A stretch of DNA of 64,000 bases. It comes from a phage. Under the pieces are notes generated by a model. The model worked only from the letters and a program-made list of their open reading frames with translations, did not search any database and had not been told where the DNA came from. The stretch lies in assembly GCA_020773975.1 (NCBI GenBank), contig GCA_020773975.1_3638.1; one strand, 5' to 3'. A program made the position numbers and the translations under genes. Below are positions 16,826-26,572 of the stretch, in pieces. The first letter of the stretch is position 1; each line of letters begins with the position of its first letter.

Positions 16826-17192
16826 CGGTCAATTAGCCCAGAAAAAAAAACGCGAAGTTACAAAAGAGTGGAGAAAACGGGAAGAAAGCTCTACAACTAT
16901 TGTTTCCTATAATGGTGCAAGGTATGATGTTGATAATGCAACTCTTGATCGTATTTATCCAGTATTATTAGCACAAAAAGCATCCTCGGCTAGGCAAGCT
17001 GTGATTTGGAGAGATGTTGATAACAGACCTGTTGAGATGAGTAGCTCTGAATTTGAAAATCTTGTTGTAGCTATGTCTTCCGAGTTGGCAACCAAGAATG
17101 ATACAATATACACTAGGCAACGAGAGATGAAAGACCAAGTGCTTTCAGCCTCTACAGTTGAGGAATTGCAAAGTATAACAATTGGGTGGTAG
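16826..17192 (+). pseudogene. remnant 3' portion of an AT-rich tail fibre assembly gene (displaced tfa)
   Basis: Frame open from about 16809 with no start; translation is homologous to the C-terminal half of 16250..16825 (DTIYTRQREMKDQVL vs DEIYRRQREMKDELN); ORF track shows only 17001..17192. Confidence 0.45.
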
Positions 17193-17494
17193 CTACGGAT
17201 TATAAGGATAAAGTTGTCAATGCTGAAGTTATACTTCCAGATGGGCATAGTATTGGAGGATCAGGACTCCCAAACCAATCTTTTAAATTATACACAGAAG
17301 ACACCGCGACCATAAAACTTTCAGGTAATGGTGAAAAAGCAACACCACTTAAAGGTGTTGTTGTGGTGGCAGAAGATGAAAATAATGCTCTCCAAGCTGG
17401 AGATAATGGGTTAGCTGGAGTAATACCCGAAGCAGGTGCTGATGAAGCCTCACATGAATTTAATTATGTTGTTCAATATAGTTACACAAGTTAA
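17186..17494 (+). CDS. hypothetical protein (102 aa)
   Basis: ORF track. Confidence 0.3.
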   Translation: MVATDYKDKVVNAEVILPDGHSIGGSGLPNQSFKLYTEDTATIKLSGNGEKATPLKGVVVVAEDENNALQAGDNGLAGVIPEAGADEASHEFNYVVQYSYTS

Positions 17495-17505
17495 AAGGAG
17501 AAAAT

Positions 17506-17763
17506 ATGGCAACAAATGGCGTAGCAGGTAAAGTATATGCATCAAGCCTTATTGATATAAAAACTGGAAAATCTGTGAAAATCGAAGATATTGTTGCTGG
17601 AGGCTCAGATAGCTATGTTCTTCCAGCGGCTACGGAATCAGTATTAGGAGGTGTTAAGAAAGCACAAACACAAGCAGATTCTGTGGCTTCAGATGTCTCT
17701 ACGTTGGTCAACGATTTTAATGCTTTGCTTGCCAAATTGAAAGCCGCTGGTATTATGTCGTGA
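17506..17763 (+). CDS. small protein sharing the N-terminal motif of the tail fibre (85 aa)
   Basis: MATNGVAGKVYASSLIDIKTGKSVKIEDIVAGG aligns with the N-terminus of 14957..16234; RBS AAGGAGA. Confidence 0.4.
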   Translation: MATNGVAGKVYASSLIDIKTGKSVKIEDIVAGGSDSYVLPAATESVLGGVKKAQTQADSVASDVSTLVNDFNALLAKLKAAGIMS

Positions 17764-17765
17764 TA

Positions 17766-17792
17766 AAAAGACCCTTCGGGGTCTTTTATTTT
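17766..17792. terminator. bidirectional rho-independent terminator
   Basis: AGACCC-TTCG-GGGTCT hairpin flanked by A-run and T-run; sits between convergent genes. Confidence 0.65.
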
Positions 17793-18190
17793 AGGATTCC
17801 TTGCACTCCTTTATCCAAGTTTGCATTAATATACACTTCCCGCCCATCTTTGTAAAAAGTGCAGATGTATTTTCCAGTGTAAGATTGTTTTCCTGAGATA
17901 ATTGCGACATCATCAAAATATTGATATGCTTCCGCCTGTTCTGCTATCCTACCCTCGAAACCTGATGACACAACAATAACGCCTGGTTTAAATGCTTCTC
18001 TAAATCTCTTATCGCAAGATAATTGTACAATACGGCTAATTGCCTCATCTTTTTCTTCTGGCGACAACCAACTTGCCTCGACAGATTTATAATCATTAAT
18101 ATCTGGGTTCTTTTTCACATATTGGAAAGTTCCCGCTGCAATAACAGCACAGACGCACAGACCAATTGTAATTTTTAAAATATTTTTCAT
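17786..18190 (-). CDS. secreted (signal-peptide) protein of unknown function, moron-like
   Basis: Only minus-strand gene in the structural module; N-terminal signal peptide MKNILKITIGLCVCAVIAAG; GGAGG RBS; own promoter and terminator. Confidence 0.55.
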   Translation of the reverse strand: MKNILKITIGLCVCAVIAAGTFQYVKKNPDINDYKSVEASWLSPEEKDEAISRIVQLSCDKRFREAFKPGVIVVSSGFEGRIAEQAEAYQYFDDVAIISGKQSYTGKYICTFYKDGREVYINANLDKGVQGILK

Positions 18191-18216
18191 AAATCCTCCA
18201 TAGCAATTGTTGTGTT

Positions 18217-18245
18217 TATCTTACCTACGGAATTTTTCGTGTCAA
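18217..18245 (-). promoter_or_regulatory. putative sigma70-type promoter for the secreted-protein gene
   Basis: On minus strand TTGACA, 17-nt spacer, AAGATA, about 25 nt upstream of the RBS. Confidence 0.35.
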
Positions 18246-18317
18246 GCGTTTTTAATGACAAAAATTGTATTTTGTGATAATATAGTTACTGACAAGTAAC
18301 ATAAAATGGAGAGTTAG

Positions 18318-18836
18318 ATGACAGACCAAGAAATTGTTGATTACATCAGGCTCCTGCTTGGGTCAATATCCCCAGAGGCACTACCTGATGAAGTTATCAT
18401 GGCATTCCTTGAGATGGAGAAAAAAAGAGCAAACTGGCCTAACCCATCATCCACGCCTTGCGACATGTGGAAAGTGGTCTATAACACAATGGTGGCTGTA
18501 TTAAGATGGTTAATTCTTCAAGAGATAAATTCTGGCGAGGCATCCATCACAGAAAGATTGGAAAAGATAGGTGATGAGACAATACAGGTGAAAGGCGGCT
18601 CATCATACCAGAACTGGAAAGATTTTCTGGACTGGCTACTGCAAAACCCTGATTACGTCAATAGTTGTCTGAATGGTGTCTCTGGTTTGATTATTGTAGG
18701 TGGTGTGCGGCAGGATGAGTTTTGGCGTGTCAAGAACAATCCAAACTCCAGAAGCCCGTTTGATGTTTCTGGTATAGTTCCTCAAACAGGAGTCCCCGGT
18801 ATTCCTCGGAGATACCCAAAACACAGGTATTATTGA
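18318..18836 (+). CDS. hypothetical protein, possible head-tail connector component (172 aa)
   Basis: ORF track; position between fibre block and sheath; upstream ATGACA/TAATAT promoter-like sequence. Confidence 0.35.
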   Translation: MTDQEIVDYIRLLLGSISPEALPDEVIMAFLEMEKKRANWPNPSSTPCDMWKVVYNTMVAVLRWLILQEINSGEASITERLEKIGDETIQVKGGSSYQNWKDFLDWLLQNPDYVNSCLNGVSGLIIVGGVRQDEFWRVKNNPNSRSPFDVSGIVPQTGVPGIPRRYPKHRYY

Positions 18837-18901
18837 CAATCGTATTCCTAATTATTGATTTTGCTTGGATAATGTGGTAAAATACCTTAACGGGAGTTCT
18901 T

Positions 18902-19378
18902 ATGAGAACAAAATTTAAATCTCATCAAGATTTAAGTGCTTTGGAGAATTTTTATAACTCTGTACAGCAACTTGATAAAAAACAAGTCTCCTATGGTTAT
19001 TATGATGACCCACACTATTCAGGACTAAATACTGCAACTCTGGCAGCTATCCATGAACAAGGCTGGAATAATCTTCCAGCCCGTACATTCATAACTAGCG
19101 CGGCTGTGTCCTTTCAAAAGGATTTGGAGAAATTACAGAAGGAGTTATTCGGCACGTTAGCATCTGGAAGTAATAATCCAACCCCAATGCTGAAAAAAAT
19201 TGGTAAAGCAGGTGCTGAAAAAATTAAGTTTGTAATAGACTCTGGTCTTTTCCCTCATAATACTGTATCAGATGCATGGGCAGATGTCAAAGGTTTTAGC
19301 GCAGCTATGTATCATTATGGGGATTTAAGAGATTCCACAACTTATAAAATTTCGAACAGAAGAGGTTCAGGGGCGTAA
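18902..19378 (+). CDS. hypothetical virion protein (158 aa)
   Basis: ORF track; synteny. Confidence 0.35.
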   Translation: MRTKFKSHQDLSALENFYNSVQQLDKKQVSYGYYDDPHYSGLNTATLAAIHEQGWNNLPARTFITSAAVSFQKDLEKLQKELFGTLASGSNNPTPMLKKIGKAGAEKIKFVIDSGLFPHNTVSDAWADVKGFSAAMYHYGDLRDSTTYKISNRRGSGA

Positions 19379-19381
19379 ATT

Positions 19382-19816
19382 ATGGCGGGATACAAACTTA
19401 TAGGCAAGAACAAATTGATACCCAGAGTCACCATGAAAGGTAGACACAGACAGTTCAAAAAGACAGACTTAGATAATCCATTTGAAAATGGTGGGTTGGA
19501 TATTGAGTATGTTGAATTTGATGTACCTGAATGTGTCGTTCAACCTATTAGTGGTAAAGCAGCTAGGGATTATACGTCCCAATTAGTTCCTGAAGGTGGT
19601 AGGCAGTATGATTCCTTTACTGTGTATTCATCTGTGATGTTGAAAGGCCCAGTTGAAGGGTCTGATAACATGGCTGATCAGATCCTATTAATGAACTCTC
19701 GTGGTGAGATGGAGTGGTTCACAGTTATTAAATCTGATTTGTATCAGACCACAGGTGTCTCTAGGTTCAGAGCTTATGTGGTGGCAATACCAGAAGGGAC
19801 AAACGGAGGTATTTAA
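19382..19816 (+). CDS. hypothetical virion protein (144 aa)
   Basis: ORF track; tight spacing with flanking genes. Confidence 0.35.
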   Translation: MAGYKLIGKNKLIPRVTMKGRHRQFKKTDLDNPFENGGLDIEYVEFDVPECVVQPISGKAARDYTSQLVPEGGRQYDSFTVYSSVMLKGPVEGSDNMADQILLMNSRGEMEWFTVIKSDLYQTTGVSRFRAYVVAIPEGTNGGI

Positions 19817-20346
19817 TGACTGATTTTATCAGTACAGATGAAATCTTCGATGCTTTGACGAAAACAATAGGTTCTTTTTGTAAAGAAGTTACTGGTAGGA
19901 AAGTCGTGCTGGCAGGGGAAGATGAAATACCTAAAGTTGATGGTGAGTTTATTCTAGTGGATCTTACTGCTGTAGATCAGCTTGACTGGCAATCAGACGA
20001 TGGATTTACTGATGATGGTCGAGCGATGACAGTTCATAACTATGAAATTGTATATACATTGACTGCTTATCGTGGTAAAGCACCAAATGCCCTAAGTCGT
20101 ATTTTACAAGCTATGAACTTACCTTTTATATACGATAAGTATTTCCCAACTAATTCACCTTTTGCATATTCCTCCTCTTCAACAATATCTCGGTTGAGAG
20201 TTCCTTTGAATGTCCAAAAATATGAAACTCGGGCTGTAGTGCTGATAACTTTTAATGTTTGCTTTGCAGAAACAGACACTGGAGTTTTCGAAGATTTGGA
20301 AACCCTCAATGCGCAACTTTCATATCATTTTCCGAAAGAGGATTAA
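19816..20346 (+). CDS. hypothetical virion protein, possible tail completion protein (176 aa)
   Basis: ORF track; overlapping start/stop with upstream gene. Confidence 0.35.
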   Translation: MTDFISTDEIFDALTKTIGSFCKEVTGRKVVLAGEDEIPKVDGEFILVDLTAVDQLDWQSDDGFTDDGRAMTVHNYEIVYTLTAYRGKAPNALSRILQAMNLPFIYDKYFPTNSPFAYSSSSTISRLRVPLNVQKYETRAVVLITFNVCFAETDTGVFEDLETLNAQLSYHFPKED

Positions 20347-20472
20347 AAGAAATATTTTGGTTATTGATAAGCACTGGCTTATTGGTGATCACGATGTGGA
20401 GAAATAACCCACAACACAGCACAAATAAGTGCTGGTCAATAACTGTACGTACAGAAATAAAAGAGGAAATCG

Positions 20473-21885
20473 ATGGCTTATAATGACAAGGTGGTTGATG
20501 TAACAGTCACACTTGGTACTCAACCAATCGACACAAAAGGGTTTGAAACCCCACTGTTCCTTGCGATCCATAATGTCTTCCCAGAAAGAGTTCGTGCTTA
20601 TACCGAACTTAGTCAATTAGTTGATGATGGATTTGCTGTTGGAACACCTGCATATAATTATGCATCTAAGGCATTTTCTGGAACATTCCGTCCACAATAT
20701 CTGATGATTGGTCGCCAAGGCTTCACCAATACGATTGTGGATTTTACAGACCAGACAAACACAGACCCAGAAACACCTGTAGCTCTAAACTTTGTGACAG
20801 GGGCTTATCAAAAGAGCATACTTGTCAATGTAAATGCATCTTCAGAGCCTTCTACAATTGCTACATCTCTGGCTAACGCTATTAATGCGGATACAACGCT
20901 GAAGACTGTACTTACGGCAACAGCAAGCAAGGCTAAAGTAACAATTGCCCCAAAAGATAGTGGCAAGTTTAGTGTTGGTAAAGACAGCGGAAATATGGTC
21001 ATCACCAATACCTCCGATGAGACAGTTTCTTCTGTTCTTCCGCAGGTTATGACCGCAAATGAGAACTGGTATTTTGTCAGCACTGAGTCACACACAAAAA
21101 CATCTATCTTAAGTGCCGCCGCATTCGCCGCTGCAAATTACAAGATGCATGTCTACTCAACTGCGGATGAAAAATCTAAAACTGCTGATAGTGATTCCAT
21201 CGCAGATGAACTGAAAGCTCTGCAATACGACACCTCTATTGGTATGTACGATCCGCTGGCAGACAGTGCCTATCCAGAAGGAGGAATTATCGGGGCGATG
21301 GCCTCAAATGATCCTTCCTATGGGGATTCTATCCACCTGAAGACTATGGACGGGGTTGTTGCTCCAACCTTGAGTGCAACGGAACGTATGACTATCTGGG
21401 GTAAGAATCTGAACTTCTACCGCATGATTAATGGTGTAGGATCCTTCTATGAAGGCAAATGTGCTTCCGGCAATTATGTAGATGTTGTGAGATTTGGTCA
21501 CTGGCTTAAGTTCCGCACCGAAGAAAGTGTTTTCGGATATATGTCCCGCAGATCCAACATGGGACTGTCTGTTAAAATGAGTGATGATGACCTCCCTAAC
21601 CTGAAGTCTGTCATCATGAATAACCCTATCAACGTAGGTATTTCTAACGGAGCTATTTTAACAGGTTATGATGAGGTTAACAAGGTCTTCTTCGACCCTG
21701 TAATCACAATCCCTCTGCGTGGAAGCATACCTACTAACGATCTGGCAGCACGTACACTTAACAACGTGAAAGTGGAACTGGTATACAACACACCACTACA
21801 TTTTGTCAAGATCCGTATGACTGTCATGCTGGACAAAACAGGTTCAAATTCTGGTAACGCACAGACAGTAACAGCAGGAGTGTAA
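20473..21885 (+). CDS. putative tail sheath protein (470 aa)
   Basis: Size, biased codon usage, position immediately upstream of a 157-aa tube-like gene and the tape measure gene. Confidence 0.55.
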   Translation: MAYNDKVVDVTVTLGTQPIDTKGFETPLFLAIHNVFPERVRAYTELSQLVDDGFAVGTPAYNYASKAFSGTFRPQYLMIGRQGFTNTIVDFTDQTNTDPETPVALNFVTGAYQKSILVNVNASSEPSTIATSLANAINADTTLKTVLTATASKAKVTIAPKDSGKFSVGKDSGNMVITNTSDETVSSVLPQVMTANENWYFVSTESHTKTSILSAAAFAAANYKMHVYSTADEKSKTADSDSIADELKALQYDTSIGMYDPLADSAYPEGGIIGAMASNDPSYGDSIHLKTMDGVVAPTLSATERMTIWGKNLNFYRMINGVGSFYEGKCASGNYVDVVRFGHWLKFRTEESVFGYMSRRSNMGLSVKMSDDDLPNLKSVIMNNPINVGISNGAILTGYDEVNKVFFDPVITIPLRGSIPTNDLAARTLNNVKVELVYNTPLHFVKIRMTVMLDKTGSNSGNAQTVTAGV

Positions 21886-21888
21886 TAA

Positions 21889-22362
21889 ATGAATACAGCT
21901 ATTCTAACGCCGTATGCATATGACCCTAAAAAAGTAAAATTGTATCTGATGACTCAAAGAGTAACAGGATTCGCAGCGGACACGAAAATTGTTGTGTCCC
22001 GTAATGAAGACAATATCATCCCCCACATGGGGGTTGATGGTGAGCTATCTGCTGCACTGTCCCGTAACCAATCTGGTGTTATGACGGTTTCTCTTCAGAA
22101 TACAGCATCATGGAATGGTAATTTAGCAAACTGGCAAAAACAAGCATCCGTAACTGGCCTTATTTTCTTCCCTGTTCTTCTGGAAGGTTCTCAAGGTATG
22201 GGCTTGAGTACAATTGGATGGATTCAGAAACAGCCTGACCTTACTTACGGAACGGAAGTTGGTCAGATGGACTGGGAAATTGGTATTCTGGATGCTTGGT
22301 TGAGTCCTGATACTCTGTCCTCTGTTGGCTTCGGCCTCGCTGGACTTTCCGGTATTATTTAA
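21889..22362 (+). CDS. putative tail tube protein (157 aa)
   Basis: Size and position between sheath and chaperone/tape measure genes. Confidence 0.5.
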   Translation: MNTAILTPYAYDPKKVKLYLMTQRVTGFAADTKIVVSRNEDNIIPHMGVDGELSAALSRNQSGVMTVSLQNTASWNGNLANWQKQASVTGLIFFPVLLEGSQGMGLSTIGWIQKQPDLTYGTEVGQMDWEIGILDAWLSPDTLSSVGFGLAGLSGII

Positions 22363-22437
22363 TAATTTCGTGTGCCACATGGATGTGGCCTTTATACACG
22401 TAAGGATAGTTCAACTTCTAAAGACGCAGGAGCGTGC

Positions 22438-22905
22438 ATGAAAATCAGACAAACAACTGAAATTGACCTAGCGGGTCACAACTTTGTTATTACACATTGG
22501 TCCCCAACAAAAGCATTTAAAAATATTCCTAAGATAGGACGTTATATTGCTGTTCCAATGGCATCCATTTCTGGAGCACTTATGTCTGGTGGGCAGAATC
22601 TTTCGGATGCTATTCCAACAGCAGTATTATACCTATTTGACCAGATGGAGCAAGATAATATTGAAGAACTTTTTGCCTTAATTCTGGACGATGTATCTGT
22701 TGATGGTATGGCAGGTAAGGTAGACATTGATGATATTTTCCAAGGGAAGATGATGGACCTTATCAAACTCGTGGCAAAAGTGCTGGAGGTTAACTACGGC
22801 TGTTTTTTCACGAAAGACGGTTTCGCAAGCCTTCAGGATCTTCTGGGACGCCTGGGTCAGACCCATCAACTGAACACGATGGATCAGGCAGAGGAAGCGG
22901 AGTAA
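22438..22905 (+). CDS. putative tail assembly chaperone
   Basis: ORF track 22372..22905 trimmed to internal ATG (MKIRQTTEID); position upstream of tape measure gene. Confidence 0.4.
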   Translation: MKIRQTTEIDLAGHNFVITHWSPTKAFKNIPKIGRYIAVPMASISGALMSGGQNLSDAIPTAVLYLFDQMEQDNIEELFALILDDVSVDGMAGKVDIDDIFQGKMMDLIKLVAKVLEVNYGCFFTKDGFASLQDLLGRLGQTHQLNTMDQAEEAE

Positions 22906-22940
22906 CACCGTCTAATATTTCGAAAGTTGTCCTGAGAGCT

Positions 22941-23183
22941 ATGAACTATGCAAGAAAAAATAGCTCATTGACTTGGTTCGATTATTTGTGGTGTCGTGCT
23001 CTGAAGAGTTTTAAAGGTGAGTCTTATTCCTCACTTGAGTCTGCTGACATGGCCTACCTGCTTAAACTGAACGAATATCTTGATATCGAAGAGTTTATCC
23101 AAGACGTACAGGAGAGAGAGGAACAAAGTGCAGCCAATGCTGCCGCCGCTGCAAATAGGTCGCGCCGAGGTAGAAGAGGTTAA
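22941..23183 (+). CDS. hypothetical small protein, possible second tail chaperone (80 aa)
   Basis: ORF track; acidic, Arg-rich C-terminus; upstream of tape measure gene. Confidence 0.3.
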   Translation: MNYARKNSSLTWFDYLWCRALKSFKGESYSSLESADMAYLLKLNEYLDIEEFIQDVQEREEQSAANAAAAANRSRRGRRG

Positions 23184-23188
23184 TCTCA

Positions 23189-23222
23189 AGCCAGGTTCCT
23201 TCTCGGAACCTGGCTTTTTTAT
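23189..23222 (+). terminator. rho-independent terminator
   Basis: AGCCAGGTTCC-TTCTC-GGAACCTGGCT hairpin followed by TTTTTT. Confidence 0.65.
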
Positions 23223-23234
23223 TGAGGAAAATCT

Positions 23235-25619
23235 ATGGCGAATATCATAGTAACTAAAACCGTAAATGCTGTCGAGTGGTCTGTAGATCGCACCAGTTAC
23301 GGTCGTGCAATGAAAGCTATAAAATCCCTGAAGAAGGAATGGGAAAAGACTAACAGAGCTTTCACTTCTAATAAAAGTAATCCGGCAGCAATTTATAAAC
23401 GTTCTGCGCAAGAGGCTCGTCTTGTAGCTAAAAGATTACACCAAACTGAACGTGCAGAGCAAGCAAAATCTACGGCACATGCTATTGCAATGGCAAAAAA
23501 GGAAGCTCGTGCTCGTGAACAAATAGCCAAAGTTGAGAGCGCGAGAAGAAAGCAAGCAGTAGCCAGACTAACAAACAGAAGAACACCTGAAGAACAAAAA
23601 GAATATAATGCATTAAAATCAAAGTTGAAGCAGATGGAAAAAACAGGTTCTGGATATGGAACAAATCCAGAAATATCTGCTGCCCGTCAAGCAAGATTGC
23701 AGCAAGAACTTGCAGCAAGAAAGTCTTCAGGGTCTGCCTCTGGTATTGTTGGGGATCCTAATAGTCGTCACGATCCAAGTCTTGTGGCTGCCCAGAACTC
23801 TGCTATGGAACGCTATCATAAATCTATTCCGAAAGAAAAAACAGCGGATGAGATTAAGGCAGAAAAAGATGCTAATAAGAAGAAAGAAAGAGAAGCGTTA
23901 AGAGCAGAAAGGATAAAGGCTGCAAAACAATCAACAATTGCTAATGCTGCTGTAAGACTTCGTGCTAAGTATGGTGATGATTTCAGGTCTAAAATTAAAG
24001 GTTATGATGATCTGGAAAAGAGATTTATGCAAAGCCAGACTATGAGAGCTTCTAATTTCCGTGCTGAATTGGCAGCAATGGAAACAGGACTCCGCAAAGC
24101 TAAGGCAAATACACTATCTCTTGATCAAGGATTGAAAAACCTTCGTAGCACATTAATTAGTGTTTCTGCTGCATACGGAGCTTTTAATGCTGCCGCAAGT
24201 GTTGTGAAAACAGGACAATTCTTTCAAGGCATGGAAGCTACCATGTTAATGGTTTCTGATGACTCAGAAGAAGCAGCGAAAAGAATACAGTTTGTTCGGG
24301 AGCAATCTTACAGATTGGGTTTGGATTTAAAAACCGCCGCCCAAGGTTATACCCAAATGTCCATATCTGCCAAAGGTGTTTTGAGCAAGGCGCAAAATGA
24401 CGAACTGTTCAAAGGTTTCTCAGAATATGCTACTGCACTTCAGGTTGATCCTGTAAAATACCAGCGTGGTATTACCGCTATCCAACAAATGATGGGTAAA
24501 GGTCAGATCATGGCTGAAGAATTAAAACAGCAGTTAGCCGAGGGTATTCCTGGTTCTCTTGATGTATTCCTTAAAGCCACACAAGAAGCATTCAATGATT
24601 CATCTATAGACATTGCAAAATTAATGGATATGATGAAGAATGGAGAGCTAAAGGCTTCAAAAATTCTTCCTTTGGTCGCTAAGTATTATGCCGAGGCTGC
24701 AAGAAAAGGTGGTGCACTTACCAAGGCACAACAAAGCAACCGTGTTGCTATGCAGCGTTTACAACAAACATGGATGAACTTTCAAAATAAGATATTCGAG
24801 AGTGGATTCGGGGATGAATTAACTAAAACGTTTAATACTCTAGCTGACGTATTGGATACCAATGGAGAGTTAGCCACTAATCTAGGGGAATTTGTTGCAG
24901 GATTTATACAGGGGTTTAAGGATATATCCCTAACGGTGGTAGATACACTTCTGTTTATCAACTTGGCAATAAAAAATTCTATACCACAGTGGGTAAAAGA
25001 GAGTGAGACATTCCAAAAAGCGACTAACTGGGTAGGTTGGGGTCTCGGTGCTCTATTCTTCGCGACTTCCTTGGTTAGAGTATTCAGAATCTTGGCTAAA
25101 ATTGCTGGAATAACGGGAACATTGAAAGTATTGAAGGATATCTTTGGTGATGGTGACGGCTCTGGAGGTGATAAACCTAAAAATCCAAGAAAACCAAGAA
25201 TACCAAAATTCCTGAGACGCGGGAAAGGTTGGCTCGGTTTAATAGCAACAGCCGCTATAGCAGCAACAGGTTTGGATGTTGATGACTCCGAAGAACCAAG
25301 TTCTGACCAAATACCTACAAAATCAATGCAGGAAGATTTTGTTAAGAATAGGAGTGTTTCAGGCGGCCTTTCTCAATGGTGGGATAGTTTATGGGCTGGG
25401 CATATGCAGGATAAAGCCAACTATCTTCAATCCCATAATCTAATGCCCGGCGGATCTGCTACAGGTCAAACTGTAGCTCCTATGGTTATTCCTACCGAAC
25501 CTGTCAGTGGTGAAATAACAATTAAAATAGATGCTGGAGAATTACGTAATATGATTGATCAGCAAATAGAGACAGCTAACATGGATAACATTAATCTTAT
25601 TCTCGCTGTCCCTCAATAA
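23235..25619 (+). CDS. tail tape measure protein (794 aa)
   Basis: Long Ala/Lys/Glu-rich coiled-coil N-terminal half, central hydrophobic segments, Gly-rich region; position after tube and chaperones. Confidence 0.65.
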   Translation: MANIIVTKTVNAVEWSVDRTSYGRAMKAIKSLKKEWEKTNRAFTSNKSNPAAIYKRSAQEARLVAKRLHQTERAEQAKSTAHAIAMAKKEARAREQIAKVESARRKQAVARLTNRRTPEEQKEYNALKSKLKQMEKTGSGYGTNPEISAARQARLQQELAARKSSGSASGIVGDPNSRHDPSLVAAQNSAMERYHKSIPKEKTADEIKAEKDANKKKEREALRAERIKAAKQSTIANAAVRLRAKYGDDFRSKIKGYDDLEKRFMQSQTMRASNFRAELAAMETGLRKAKANTLSLDQGLKNLRSTLISVSAAYGAFNAAASVVKTGQFFQGMEATMLMVSDDSEEAAKRIQFVREQSYRLGLDLKTAAQGYTQMSISAKGVLSKAQNDELFKGFSEYATALQVDPVKYQRGITAIQQMMGKGQIMAEELKQQLAEGIPGSLDVFLKATQEAFNDSSIDIAKLMDMMKNGELKASKILPLVAKYYAEAARKGGALTKAQQSNRVAMQRLQQTWMNFQNKIFESGFGDELTKTFNTLADVLDTNGELATNLGEFVAGFIQGFKDISLTVVDTLLFINLAIKNSIPQWVKESETFQKATNWVGWGLGALFFATSLVRVFRILAKIAGITGTLKVLKDIFGDGDGSGGDKPKNPRKPRIPKFLRRGKGWLGLIATAAIAATGLDVDDSEEPSSDQIPTKSMQEDFVKNRSVSGGLSQWWDSLWAGHMQDKANYLQSHNLMPGGSATGQTVAPMVIPTEPVSGEITIKIDAGELRNMIDQQIETANMDNINLILAVPQ

Positions 25620-25622
25620 TTT

Positions 25623-25646
25623 GAAGGGGCTTTTGCCCCTTTTTGT
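25623..25646 (+). terminator. rho-independent terminator
   Basis: AAGGGGC-TTTT-GCCCCTT hairpin followed by TTTTG. Confidence 0.6.
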
Positions 25647-25698
25647 TGTTTTAATAAAATATTTATGATAAAATCATACAATAACAAGTGAGGTTTTT

Positions 25699-26550
25699 AT
25701 GGCTTCAGTTTCCAATAACCAGTCAAAACCACAGCAAGGGAAAGCTACAGCAAATGTCGAAAGAAAGGTGAGTAGTGCACAGGAAACAAGTTCCGGCATT
25801 AAGTATACACTTTTCGCAAGTGGCTTGAATTATGGTGGGCGTAATATTGAACTGAAAGATAAAAATTATACAGATGATTTAGCTATAATTTTTGATGTTG
25901 TTGAAGAACACTCCTATACAAGAACTGTGGATAAAACTTCGTATGCAGTTGAAGATAGGGTTAAGTTCAGTGACCACGGTGTAATAGGAGATGGGAAATT
26001 CTCTTTTAGTGCAAGGGTTAGCTCATCACCACTTTCAATTATTCAGTTTAATTATATAGATAAAGATACCGATAATCAGAACCCCGCTGCCTCAAAAAGA
26101 CCAGAAAAAGCTCTGGAAGTGCTTGAGCGTCTCATAGACCAACGACAAATTGTAACCCTTGTGACAGAGGATAGAATCTTAGATAATTATATCCTTACTT
26201 CAATGGAGGCATCTCGTAGCAATTCAGATGGTGCGGCATTAGTTTTTCAATTAGAGTTTACAGAGTTCCGTACATTCACATTAGGAAAGACTGTTTTAGC
26301 TACTATCTACACAGATCCTAAAAAATCAGGTAAAACAAAACAAAAAGGCGCTGTCCAGTCATCTGCTACACAACAAGAAGTTGATATCATGGTGCATAAA
26401 AGTATTTTTAATGGTCCTTGGACAAAAGATGCGTATGCACAAATGGCTAAAGATATGCATTGGGATGGTGCGACAGTATTACGCAAAGCAGGTACATACA
26501 ATCCTACAACAGGCCAATGGAAGGATTTGGATGGTAATCCTATGAAATAA
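25699..26550 (+). CDS. hypothetical tail/baseplate protein (283 aa)
   Basis: ORF track; synteny downstream of tape measure. Confidence 0.35.
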   Translation: MASVSNNQSKPQQGKATANVERKVSSAQETSSGIKYTLFASGLNYGGRNIELKDKNYTDDLAIIFDVVEEHSYTRTVDKTSYAVEDRVKFSDHGVIGDGKFSFSARVSSSPLSIIQFNYIDKDTDNQNPAASKRPEKALEVLERLIDQRQIVTLVTEDRILDNYILTSMEASRSNSDGAALVFQLEFTEFRTFTLGKTVLATIYTDPKKSGKTKQKGAVQSSATQQEVDIMVHKSIFNGPWTKDAYAQMAKDMHWDGATVLRKAGTYNPTTGQWKDLDGNPMK

Positions 26551-26572
26551 TTTTGCAAACAGGAGAATACAT

